This document shows positions 10,532-22,897 of a DNA stretch of 40,949 nucleotides, one piece after another. The notes beneath the pieces are model-generated. The model searched no databases. It was not told the DNA's origin and saw only the letters and a program-made list of their open reading frames with translations. Numbering within the stretch: the stretch's first letter is position 1; every line of letters starts with the position of its first letter. The position numbers and the translations under genes were made by a program. Origin of the DNA: Vermamoeba vermiformis (taxonomy: Eukaryota); the NCBI GenBank assembly GCA_045837725.1, contig JBEWZL010000274.1, forward strand, positions 1-40,949, written 5' to 3'.

Positions 10532-13500
10532 ATGAACACGCGCAAAAAAATCATTCAATGGGCGCCTCATAATCCCAGCTATTTTGCGGTTGGCTCGACG
10601 GACTTAAGAATTTACGAGATCAAAGGAAAGGTACGTCACGAAAAATGCAACATTTTCATTAATTGTTATTTTGGTTGTATTATTTGGAAAATATTTATTT
10701 ACATATTTTAGTGATTTATTACAGCTATTTTTATGGTTACTAACTAATTCTGCTGATCAGAATGAAAACAAAACTCCTTTGCGTGGCATCCAGCAATATA
10801 TCGACGCTGCTAAAGGTAACAATAACAAAAATAAATAATATGTGCTAATATGTTGCAAAGAAAATTCATCAAAGAAAGAATCAAAGTCCATCTCGTTGTT
10901 CGGAGTGGCCGCTGATCCGCAATTTCAAAATTTGAAGGTAACTGTTTAATACTACGCTCACATGAATATGTGCCCATCGTATTTAATTTTGTTTTATATT
11001 TATCGGAGCACGATGATCTAAGGGTGTCCGTTCGTTGGACTAATTTCTGAAAATACAGCAAGCAATGCATTTTCGTAAATTAGCTTATAAATATTATTTT
11101 ACTACCGTACCTTTTTTTTTGGCGAATTGGCTCGAAGCTACATCCAAAACAAATATTTTACCTGCTAGATCACGAATAGTCTGAAACTTGCGCATAAATA
11201 ATTAATTTAAAATTACTAGTGTATGGCATGGAGTCCCGAGGCAGTAGACAATGAACCGGTTGTAGCGATTGGTCTTGCTAGTGGTCGTGTAGGCCTGACA
11301 CGATTTTCATTGAGCGGATCTGACCAGCAAAATAACACCAATAACACCAATCTCACAGCACCTATTACTACCAATACCAATACTACAGCTACGTCAACTG
11401 GAAACATTACAAAGTTGTTCGTGCCGCGACACGCACGTGCTTGTAACGCATTGGCGTGGAATCACGTGCACAAGAACTTGGTGGCATGTGGTTTGGAGAA
11501 AGTTCGATCCGATTATTCTTGCCTTATTTGGGATATCAATCAACCTGGCATGATTGCTAGCGAAGAAGGCGATGACATGTAAGTGGCACACTCATAACTC
11601 ATTTTTCGACCTTTTTATGCACTCATGAATTAACTATGCTTTACCTATTCGAAATTACTATTATATTATTTTTAAGTACGAGTACGAATAATGTTCCCAA
11701 AATATTTTTCTCGAGCCTCACATTGGAGGTTCATAACTTTTGGAACACAAAATTGAAATGTTTAGCAAGTTGTTTTATATGCCATTGACGGGTGCTATCG
11801 AAGCCATGCAGTGAGATCTCTAACCTCGTGTGTGGTCAAAGTGCATTCAATATCTTCATACGTTTCTTTTTTTTTTTGACGCGTAACTTACCTTGTTTTA
11901 CAGGGGCTCGAAGTCAGGCGTGTTGAGCAATTCAGCCGCTGATGTGTTCAATGTCATGGCCACTTCAACTGTTGAAAAAGTTGAGCGTGCTACGGTAAGT
12001 CATAAATGTAAATCGTTATATCATGATTGGCACGTGTCTTATGTACCTTTTCAGCGCGAGTTTGCAAACTCTGAAGCAACAGTAGCGTTGGCCTGGTTGC
12101 CTAGCAATCCATTGTGTTTGGCTACTGGTACTGGCACTAAGTGGCTCCGTATATACGATTTAAGAGCTCCATACAAAGCACCGAAATCAGCCGTCGCACA
12201 TTCCAAGGCAGTGTACGGTGTGACATTCGATCCATTCCACGAAGATCGATTGGCAACCTTCTCTGAAGATGCAATAATTAAGATCTGGGACCTGAGGCAA
12301 TTAAAAGACCCGGTAGGTTATCATTTCATTCGCCCGTGACAGTTTCACTGACCTAGCCAGATTTTGTCGTTGAATACCAACTCGAAGGGTCTCGTACAAA
12401 TTGAATGGTGTCCCACACGAGCGGGAGTCTTGGCCGTGATCGGAAAAGAAGAGAGCAGCATTCGGTTGTGGGACATTAAAGATTCTTACAGTCAACTCAA
12501 TGCTGCTAGCAAGGACGGCGTTGAGCCTGCCATTACTGAAGCACTGACAAAGCCTTCACGAAGTAAGCCATAATCAGCTTTTTGATACCAATGTATTCTA
12601 ACCGTCCTCTTAAGGCTATGACACGAGTGATGTAGTCGTGTCTGTGGGCTGGTCTCCTTTCTTAGACTTCAAACTAGCAGCACTGACCAACGGTGGTGCT
12701 GTCGAAATTGCAGCGCTGCACGCGCCTCTTGGCCTCTCAATCGGTGCACCACTGTCATTGGCTGTGGCAGACGGTCGAGCAGTTTGGGAAGGTGTTGCAA
12801 CGCCTAATGGTGAAGCAGATGACATTTCCACGACGATGCGCATGCGTGCCGAGTTGGGTTACAGCGCTGATGTAAGTTCAAGCCTATTATCACTGATGAT
12901 CGTGCACGTGTTAACCTCTAACTTCTTGCAGCTCAAAATTAACAAGGACCTGTCAGCTAAGTTCAAGGACGATCAATTAGAGTACATTTGGAATTGGTTA
13001 TATAGTAAGAATTGCCGTAATATTGTTGCGTAATACTAACGATGTCTTAGATGTCAAACATATTTATAACTGGGGACGGTCTGGCGAAATTAAAGGCATC
13101 TACAGTATTATTCATATGAGCCGTGAACCATCGAGTAAGTGCTGTCTGTCATGTTTTCACACAATAGTCGTACTAACTACCCGCTCTTGAACAGAGGAAG
13201 AAAAAGGTGCCTTTGACAAAGTTGTATTATACAAGTCAGCAGAACGAACTTTCTGTGAGAAGCTGTGTGGCTGGGGATTTTCAGGCGACGTGCAGCTCGA
13301 AGCGAGGTTATCACAGTAAGTAAAGTCTTTCGTGTCTTGATTGCGACCCAAACTAACTGGACTGACGTGCAGACTCGAAGACGAGAAGCAATTTGAAAAG
13401 GCTGCAGCATTGGCAGTGTTCCATTTGGACATTAAACGTGCCATCTTGTCGTTGAACAAGGCACCAAACACCGAACAAGCCATGAACTTAAAGTTTATAG

Positions 13501-14608
13501 GCATGGCACTGGCTGGCTTCGGAACGAACCCTGATAGACTGTGGCGTGAGACTTGTCAACCATTCGTTGAAAAGTTGAAGGTAAACATTACCTGCACGCA
13601 AGTGATTAACTTTCTAACTGTTTTGCAATAGGTTTCAAACCCGTATTTGTCAACGGTATTTGGCTTCTTGTGCAGCATTGGCGAGACGAGCTCTTACGAC
13701 AATGTTTTGGGCGATGCCTCGTTGATTTCATTGAGCGACAAGTTAGCCTTTGCTAATCGATTCCTTGACGACGAACGATTGAAAGCGTACATTGAACGTG
13801 TCAAGAAGCGCGTTATTGCTGAGGGCAACCTTCAAGGCCTGGGACTGACAGGCGTTGACTCATTGGGCCAAGGCTTGGACTTACTACAAAACTATTTAAA
13901 TAAGTAAGCAGTATTTATAAGGAGTAGAGACTTCGTATTCACGCTAACCATCGTATTAGTACGGCTGATATTCAAACAGTATCGCTCATCTTATCGCACA
14001 TTTCGAGCCGTAAAGTGAAAGACGCACGAGTACTCAAGTGGGTCGCGGTGTACAGAGATATGTTAGATCAATGGGGATTATGGAAAGAACGAGCCAAATT
14101 GGACGTGCAACGTGTTCCCACCTTGGATTCAAAACCACCAGCACAAGTACGTACAAACATCGATCGATAATTGCTTCATTACTAATAACTACCCGCTCAG
14201 GTGTTTGCCCGGTGTAACTTCTGCGGTCAGAGTCTGACTTTGGGTCGCGAGAGTCGAGGAGCCAAGTCACTAGCCGCGAGCAAAACACGACCTGGTGTGA
14301 CACAGTTCAGCACGAACAAAGCTCAAAATAACCCCGCGAAGATTAGCGCGTGTCCCCATTGCAAGAAACCACTGCCTAAGTGCTCGCTATGTTTATTACC
14401 GTTCAATGTTACACCACCAGATCCACGGCACCACGTGGCTAGCGATGGTGTCACGTGGCATTCAGGTCGTAATGAATTTGATGATTGGATCACGTGGTGT
14501 CAGAATTGCAAGCACGGAGGTCACGCTAAGCACATATTTGAGTGGTTTGAAACCCACAACGAATGTCCTGTCAGTGATTGCCATTGCAATTGTGTTTTGT
14601 ATAAATAA
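10532..14608 (+). CDS. MIOS: GATOR2 complex WD40 / zinc-ribbon-RING subunit MIOS (Sea4), multi-exon
   Basis: VAIGLASGRV.L, PRHARACNALAWN, GLEKVRSD.S.LIWDI, WLRIYDLR, AVYGVTFDPF, FEKAAALAVFHL. C-terminal ARCNFCG...CPHCKKPLPKCSLC...WITWCQNCKHGGHAKH..EWF..H.ECPVSDC.C.C. Confidence 0.93.
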
Positions 14609-14863
14609 AAGAACCAACAAACATAGACAGGCTCAAAGAAATTATCACTGCATTTATTAAATTAAGCACCATAGCACCCAGCAAACGAGGATTGAGCTGC
14701 AACAACAACTGTAATTTGCATAGATATTCCGCAGCGGTTCAACTTCGATACTTTACTTACTACTGAAATGTTGACTACCTCAGATCAAAGAAGAATGGTT
14801 AACGCAGAATTACGATCTTGACTATAAAGAGCGGCGAACTTAGCGTGCACACGCGTCCTCTTG

Positions 14864-16778
14864 TCATTCTATCAACAAATGAGTGAACTCAAGCAGTGCT
14901 TCTTCAACGTTGAGGCGCTCCGTCCACTCTCGAACAATCTGCGCATGGTTTTAGTGTTTAATGCATCCATAAAGACTTACCATTTTGTTGATAATATCAG
15001 TTACTTCAGTCGTTGATTGACGCCATTTGTTCAAGTAGTACTCGAGAACTTTGCCAGCACTGAACACATCCGCAACAAATGTTTTGCGATAGTCTGGCGA
15101 AACGAAATCTTTCTGCCCAAACAAGTAGAAGCGATCACTGCTCCAGTCTTGCTTGATGAACTGAACGCAGTCATAGTCGATCAGCTGTATGAATACTAAT
15201 TAATACTAACCTTTTTACGCGCTTAAAAAATACTTACAATGAGATTATCCTCGTCGTTCCACATAATATTTGACGGAGCAATGTCACCATGAATCAGTCC
15301 ATACGAGTGAAGTGTCTTCACTGCTGTAAGAAGTTCCACTGCCATTCTGATCACGTTCTTGTTTCTTGGTTTGCGATGATATCGAGGCATTGTCATCACG
15401 ACTCCTGTGCACTCGTTGCATCGAAACATCTCGAATGAGAGCAAGGTTGGGAAGTGTTTCTTGCCACTCATCATTTGTGTCACGAAGAACTCGTGTGGAA
15501 TCAGCACTGTCAGATCATACGGACTACTTCCATTCCTGGCTTCGTTGGGGTTCATGAATGGAAGGCCAGTGAGCATCTTGCCGCATACTTTTCGTCCTTC
15601 AAGTGTGCCGAACAACACTCGCGGAACTTTTTTCTTCCTTTTAAGGCGATAAGAATTCATCGAGGCTTGTCTCCACTTCACTCCTGATGAGTTTTTAAAA
15701 ATGTCGGTGAGCTTTCGTTGTTTTGTGTCACTCAGCAGTGAGTACGAATGTGCGTCTACTCTTTTCGAGAGACTAATTTCGTTGTGGCAATCCAACAAAG
15801 CTCTTGTCAAAATAAAAGTGAGTGGTCAGTTCAATGCACATGGCTCACACGTACTCGTAGTCAAAAGTGTTTGGTATTTCAGGAATGTCGTACACTCCTG
15901 TCTGAAGTGCTTTGATTGCATTGCTCGCTGACAGTCGCATTGATGGCTCGGGGTTGGTCTTTCGTTAAACGTGAGCGAAAAACGTGTTGGATCTCGAACA
16001 TAACGTACCAACACCTCCACAAGTCTCTTTAATTTTGTATTATTTGATCTATATTGCTTCATCCATTTTTTTATAATTCGTCCAGCGCGTACCATGTCGT
16101 AGAGGGGCTGGCGTCGGTGGCCGTCCTCAGTCCATACGCCGCCATAAACGGCGATGTCGGCGTGAAAGAAGCACGAGTTCCATGAAGCAATCTAGTAATA
16201 AATAATTAGATTAAGAAAAGGAACTAAATTAATAATATTCACCTTGATTTCACCGTTGTTCCATTCAATGGTTGAATCGTCAAGCTGCGAATGAACAGCG
16301 CCAATTTTATGAATAATTTCGAGCACTTGAAGAAGTTGAAGAGCCATATCAGTGACGCTCATGTGTTTGGGAGGCTCTTTTGAGTATTTTTTCAACTCGA
16401 AGTAAAAACCGCGAGAGTACGCGCGTTTCAGTTCGGCAAATCCGATCAGTTCTGGAACACCAAAAACTCCTTGCATCTCCAATAAAAAATATAATTCCAC
16501 CTTTCTTAATTCTAAAATTGAAAAGAATGTAAGAGATAATAAATCTCGTAGTTTAAAATTAAATAAATTTTCGGCGGATCGAACTTACTGCGCCATTCAA
16601 AATCCTTTTCGGTTGGTTTAGGTGGCTCTTTAAACAGCCACTCGTTATATTTTCCATTTTTTATGCCTTCTTTAATTCGTGCTTCGGCTTGTATAAAACT
16701 AACGCCGTAAAACTTGGCACTTCGAGGCAAATAAGCCAAATTAAGCTGTTCATAATTTGCTTTATGCATATTATTCAT
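14864..16778 (-). CDS. Divergent tandem pseudokinase-kinase protein, multi-exon
   Basis: Exons join ORFs 16512-16778, 16192-16500, 15826-16095 and 15223-15810 plus two 3' exons. Domain 2 has VCGKM, LHSYGLIHGDIAPSNIM, LIDYD, ADVFSAG, ERLNVEEAL. Domain 1 has LEIIHKIGAVHSQL (catalytic Asp lost). The junction near 15800-15860 is ambiguous. Confidence 0.7.
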
Positions 16779-17174
16779 ATCGCCGATAAAATTACAAACC
16801 TTTTGTTACGTTGATTTAAATGTAAACCGGCAAGCGGCGGGCGGGAAAAATTTTCTTGCTAACAAGTTCCGAATTGGCGGCACATTTTCTAATGCTTTTT
16901 ACCAAACTAAAATATTACCATATTACAGAATTTTAGTAATATCTTTTAGCTACGCGTTAATCACTGATCTTGCTCCAGATGGCCAATCTTCATCGCTACT
17001 CTCTGAGCTGAGAGAGACTTCAATATTCCCCACGATCAAATATTAGCTTTCTTTTTCACGTGTGTTAGTGAAATGAGGATCGGAAGAGTTTGACAGGTCC
17101 AAAAATACTTCTAGAACATTGTCCGGTCATACGAGCACACAAAATTCAACCAAATACAACATGACATAGCAAAA

Positions 17175-20100
17175 ATGAAATATTATAAACGTAAGTTAAT
17201 AGTTGATTATTAAGTGCTGTTCTAACTGGTCTGTAGTCCCGATCGCGTTGATTATTTATCTGGCTTTGACCTGTCAGCTCCTCACGGAAGGTAAATATTA
17301 GAAAATAGTATTATAATATTAACGCATATTATAGGATGTTTTGTCGACCAGTTTTTGTTACCGCACAACGCGATCTTGCCCACCATGGCAGTTGTTGGTG
17401 AAAATATTTTATTTGCCGGTGGATACATTGATAACCAACAGACACCCACAAATATAATCGATATTTATAACCCAACTACGAATAGATGGACCGTACATAC
17501 AATGTTCAAAGCCCGAGAAGGAATGACAGCTGCAGTAGTCGGATCAACCTTGCTCCTTGCTGGCGGATGGGAAAAATCTTCCTGGAACGATAATCAATTA
17601 GTCAGATCAAGTTTAGTGGAGATTATTGACTTTCAAAAGAACATTTCGTGGATGGCACATCTGAATTCCACTCGCCAAATTTCAGCTGTTGCTGCTGGAG
17701 GAAAAGTCTTATTTTACGACAAAGCGTCACAAATTACAACAATAGATATATTTGACTTAGCGTCGAACACGTCAGAAGTTGTGCAACGAGGATTTTACTG
17801 GACCGCATCTGCAGTTGGCAACGACATTCATTTCTTTACAAATTCAGAAGTAGATATTTATCATCCATCAAATAACACATGGACCAGCGAATCCCTCGGA
17901 ATAGACATTTTGGGAGATATAATTGACTCCTTTGTAATCAAAGGTGACATTTATTTGATCACTGCACGGAGCATATTTATACGAAGATACGGAACGACCA
18001 GATGGCAGCTAATCAGCTTAGGCTTCGGCCATATTAGCTACCGTCTCGTCCACTATGACGTGCTATATATGATGGTTGGCCCTAGTCGCACTAAGATCAA
18101 CACCGTGTTCACTTTGGACGGCCTAACGGGCAAACAACTTTCATGGGACTACGAGCCATACAACTTTGGCATTGAAGGCAGTGTTATCGCACATCAAGAC
18201 AAGCTCTATTTCGTTGGTTGGTCTGCTAATGCTATTCAACGAGTGTTCCCACAAGTGCTCGTGTACGATGCCATTGACACGCGTCATCGATTAGTCGCAT
18301 TGCCGAAGGACGACTATCAACTTCAACAAATGCACGAGCACAGAGGAAAGCTCTTTCTTGTCAACCGTGAAGCAGTGTCGCCATCAGCCTTCGTCTACGA
18401 CCTGTTGCTTGACAGCTGGCACTCGGTCGACTTTGATGACCCGAGAAGTGGCGTTATGATCACTTCTTCTGGCAACCAAGTCGTGTTCTACGGAGGAACG
18501 TACAGCCCATACAACGCATCCAAGTCGGTCCATGTCTACAACACTGACACGGATCTTTGGGCCCACTACAAAACCAGCGTGTCGGGCAAATTCGCCGTCG
18601 TGCGCAATGGTTGGCTCATTTTCTATGGCAACATTTACGGAGAACCAACACCGCACGTGGACGTATTTAACATACAATCTGAGACCTGGACAGCACACTC
18701 GTTAACTAATTCAGCGTCCGACTACTTCACGGTGATATTCGACACTAAAGTAGCGCTATTGGCAAAAGATGTCATCACGAGCATTGACGTTTTTGACACG
18801 TCAACTCAGCTATGGACCGAGTTCTACCTTCAAACACCGCGCTCTGATTTCACGCACATCTCAATCAACGGCATGATTTATATAGCCTGTGGCATCACTC
18901 TGGATCCAATGGCCTTCACAAACTCGCTCGAAGCATACGACTTGAAGTCACTGCAATTCGTTTTCGAGCGAAATCTCTCTGACGCCCGTGCCAAGCCCGT
19001 GGCTGCCGTGTCATTCCCATACGTTGTATTCGCTTGTGGGTCTCGCAATGGATTCCCGGTGTCTGCTATAGACGTGTACAACATGGAAGATGACACGTTA
19101 CGACAAACGACTTTCAGACGTCCAGAACTCATTGGATCCGATTTTGGTATTGCATCTGTTGGCGACACAATGTACATTAGATACAACAACTACTTATGGA
19201 TGCTTCGGCTGCGCACTCTCGAGCTGACACAACCTGTCGCTACGCCGTTCATGGCTGGCGGACGAAATTTCGCTATTGGAAACAACCTCGTCTTCTACGG
19301 CCAATCGGATTTTCTGGAAGTGTTTTATTTCTGGGAAACTACGACTAACGAGCACTTTCAAATGGCCACGCCGTACCTCAGCGAGTACACGCAGTCCACA
19401 TTAGTATGGAAGAACTTTTTGGTCATATATTTGGGGGATCTCGTCATCATCGAACTTTCAACCGTCTGGACAGGCCTCACAGACCGTGATTTGTTCATTG
19501 GTGAGACGACGACACTGGCTGTGGACGCTGTTGGCAATGGCCTCGAGTACTTTTGGTACCACGAGAACACCAAGCTCGAGGAAGTGCGTCCGTTCTTGTT
19601 TTTGAACACGAGCTCGCCTGATTTCAGAGAGGGCCGTTACTGGTTGGCGATCAAGGACCACTGTCGCTCGTACATGGAGTTGTACTCAAGAGTTGAACTG
19701 CTTGGTCCACCGACTTTCGAGTCACAATTGGACAATCGTACTGTGCTTTGTAACGCCACAGCCCTTTTGTTCCAGCTCAATACGGACGGCAGAAATGTCA
19801 GCTTGGATTGGACGATCAACAACGAACACAGAAGTAGCGTTGTCAACTCGACTTTTGTCCTGGATCTGCGCCCGCTCACATGCGACTCAACCAATCAGCT
19901 CTGTGCCACAGCAACGAACCCGTCAGGTTCTGTCAGCACGTGCAGTAACATTCACCTGGCTAGCTTAGGATCTATATTTAATGGTCCAAGAATGTCACCT
20001 GAACTGCAACTTCGATCGGTCGGCTCGTACGTCACACTTCGTGTTGACATATTGGATGACAGGTGCAAAAATCATACCTGGTTCGTTGACTCTGAAGAGC

Positions 20101-21715
20101 TAGGCTCGTTCGAGGCTTCATTCAGCGAGCTTGAAGTCCAGTTGGAGCGAAACGTAGAAAGTCAGAGATACATCGTGACCACGACATGCGATGGCTCGAA
20201 TTTGATGTCCGCGCCACTTATCATCACTTTGTCACCTTTGCCGGCGTGGGGTCTGGCCGCCATTGTGATTCTCGGTGCCGGTATTATTGGCGGTGCAATT
20301 GCCGCGGGTGTCATTGTTCGACGAAGATTCAAGCAGGGCAAAAAGCAAGAAGTCGAGTTGAAGACAATGCTCAACAAGGCTAAGCAAGAGGTCCTGACCA
20401 AGAACGGCACCACGATTATCAGCACAACGAGTTGGGAATGGTCGCCTGATGACGAGCACATGTTCTGTCCTATCGACAAGTTGCCTGTCACCATCGACTT
20501 GTCAAACCTCGGCTTCAATCTGAGTGACCCTATTGAAGTCAATATTTGGACTCAAGGCACCATTGTCATTTCGTCCAAGAAGGCCTCAAAGAGTGCACTG
20601 CCGTTCTCATCATTATTGCACCAAAGTCTCATTGATGACGAGATTGATATCTACGTGCCGAAGTCGCCAAAGTACGAGCTAGAAGTCAATCCTCTGTCAT
20701 TCAGGGTCTCTGACGGATCAGTTACAACTCTCAACGTCTCAGCGATGATGAAAATGACGACTAAGGCGAAGATTCCGCTCGTCATCGTGATGGAAAAGAA
20801 GAAAATTTATTCGTCGATTGACTTGGTCTTGCGAAGCAAACCATCGCCTTGGATCGATCTTGACAAGGTCAAACTGACTGGTGAAGTACTTGGCCAGGGA
20901 GGGTAAGTTGACGCAATGCTTTATTCTTCAAAGTTATTAATCGTGTTTGTAGATTTGGTGTCGTTAAGCGAGGTGTCTACAAAGGCCAAGATGTCGCTGT
21001 CAAATTGCTCTTGACGCAAGATTTGATCGACGAGACGAAGAAAGAATTTGAGCGAGAAGTGTCACTCATGAAGAACTTGCATCACCCGAATATTATTCAG
21101 TTCATCGGTGCCTCTAACGTCGAAGGCAAGCTCGCCTTGGTCACGGAGTTTGCGCCGCTTGGAAGTCTTGGAACGCTGTTGGAACGAGAGTTCATCCCGT
21201 ACAACATCAAACTTGTGATCGTGCTCGAGATTGCTCGTGCTATCAAGTTCCTTCATTCGAACAATATCATCCATAGAGACGTCAAACCACAGAACATCCT
21301 CGTGTTTTCGCTCGAGCCCAAAGCCACTGTTCACGTCAAACTGACCGATTTTGGCACGTCAAAGTTCGTGCCTGACACGTCCTCTGTTAACATGACAAAG
21401 TATACTGGCACAGCGAAGTACATGGCCCCCGAGACCTTCGGTGTGGATCCACGATTCACGCTCAGCGCAGACATTTACAGCTTTGGCTTGTTAGTATGGG
21501 AAGTCATCACAGGCCAGGATGCATTCTCGGAGAAACAATACATGTGGCAATCAAAAATCGAAGAATTCGTATTGTCTGGAAAGAGAATGCCTATCCCTGA
21601 AGAAATGGACCCTCGACTAGCCTCAATTATCGAACAATGTTGGGGCCAAGATCCGGCAAAGCGCCCGTCCATGACTCACGTAATTCAACAACTTTCAGCA
21701 CTTGTGTACGGATAA
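17175..21715 (+). CDS. Single-pass receptor kinase 1: signal peptide, Kelch-like repeats, Ig-like domains, TM, TKL kinase
   Basis: Signal MKYYKLPIALIIYLALTCQLLTEG from two small exons. Repeats ILFAGG..IDIYN..W. TM WGLAAIVILGAGIIGGAIAAGVIV-RRR. Kinase LGQGG|FGVV, VAVK, HRDVKPQN, KLTDFG, YMAPE. Confidence 0.92.
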
Positions 21716-21943
21716 ACCCGCTTGTATTGAATGGCTATGCATAGTTCCCGACCATATCATCGACGGTTAGTTTTTCCATTTTTAGGCATCCAACAAAAAT
21801 CTATTTTTAGTCAGTACAAATTTTAAATCTTAAAGAGGTTTGTTTATATAAGCCCATTTGACGTTTATTTACTCGATCGCGGGGAAGCCATGTTTTCAAC
21901 GTGCTTTTCGCAAAGGTTGACAAACGCATCCGTGCGAGCTAAT

Positions 21944-22601
21944 CTAGAACAAAGCAAGAACGGCAAGCAAGGAGGCCAAAGAACCGATGACGATGGAGCT
22001 AGCATCAGACTTCTTGCAGAAGGCAGTAAGGTAGTCAGTGCCGATGGTGGTGCAGGTTGGACCAGCAGCAGTGGACTCAGCCTTCAAGTCGGTGCAGTTT
22101 GTACCGGTCTTGACAATAATCTCGCCCTTGCTGTTGCAAGCACCAAGACTGAAGCTGACATCACCAACCGCGTAGCACTTGTCGGTGTCTCTCACTAAAC
22201 AAACTCGATCAGCAGATTCGTTTTAAAATGAAATTTATTTTCCTTACCAGCCATCAAAACCGTGGAATTTTGGCACTTGTTGTCGGAGTAGCCAATAATA
22301 CCGGTGTATTGGTCCTTAACAACGAGAGTCTGGGCGGCTAAGCAAGCATCCTTAACCCAGAAATTACCGGCAGCAGTGCAAGTCGTAAGGGTAGAAGAGC
22401 AGTTGGACTATTTAAAAAAAAACAAGGGTAGTACAATATAGCAAGTGCGAAATTCAGCTATGTACTTACTTGAACTTGGATGTAACCACCAGAAACGTTG
22501 GAATCCGAGCACTTATCATCGCCGTAGAAAGTTACGACCCAGAAGTCCGCAGAAACTGCAGCGACGACGGTGAGGAGCAAGACGGCAAGTTTAACGTTCA
22601 T
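21944..22601 (-). CDS. Small Cys-rich secreted, probably GPI-anchored, surface protein (3 exons)
   Basis: Signal MNVKLAVLLLTVVAAVSA, Cys-spaced body, C-terminal SDASS-IVIGSLASLLAVLALF hydrophobic tail with no cytosolic residues. Confidence 0.78.
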
Positions 22602-22897
22602 TATTGTTGCGGTGTACGTTAGAACAATAAAAACTGTTGTCGCATTCATTTTTTCGTTTTTATTGTCGCCTCTCACATGACTTTACGCAATTCCGAATCG
22701 GACAATAAACTAATAAAAACAACCTCCGTGCCAAACGATAGGCCTTCCGATTGTTGCCCTAAGTGCCTCAAGATAAATATCGGCAATTTGTGGAGGCGGG
22801 ATCTTTTTCCGCACTTTAGAAGCAGTTCTTGAACGAACAGCGCTATCTTGGCGCTTGTATTATTTAATACGTTAGGGTTGTTAAGCATATTAAGACC

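Noticed and set aside
11005-11055. C/D-box snoRNA in MIOS intron (CGATGATC...CTGA)
   Set aside because: Box C is non-canonical, the spacing is too short and there is no terminal stem.
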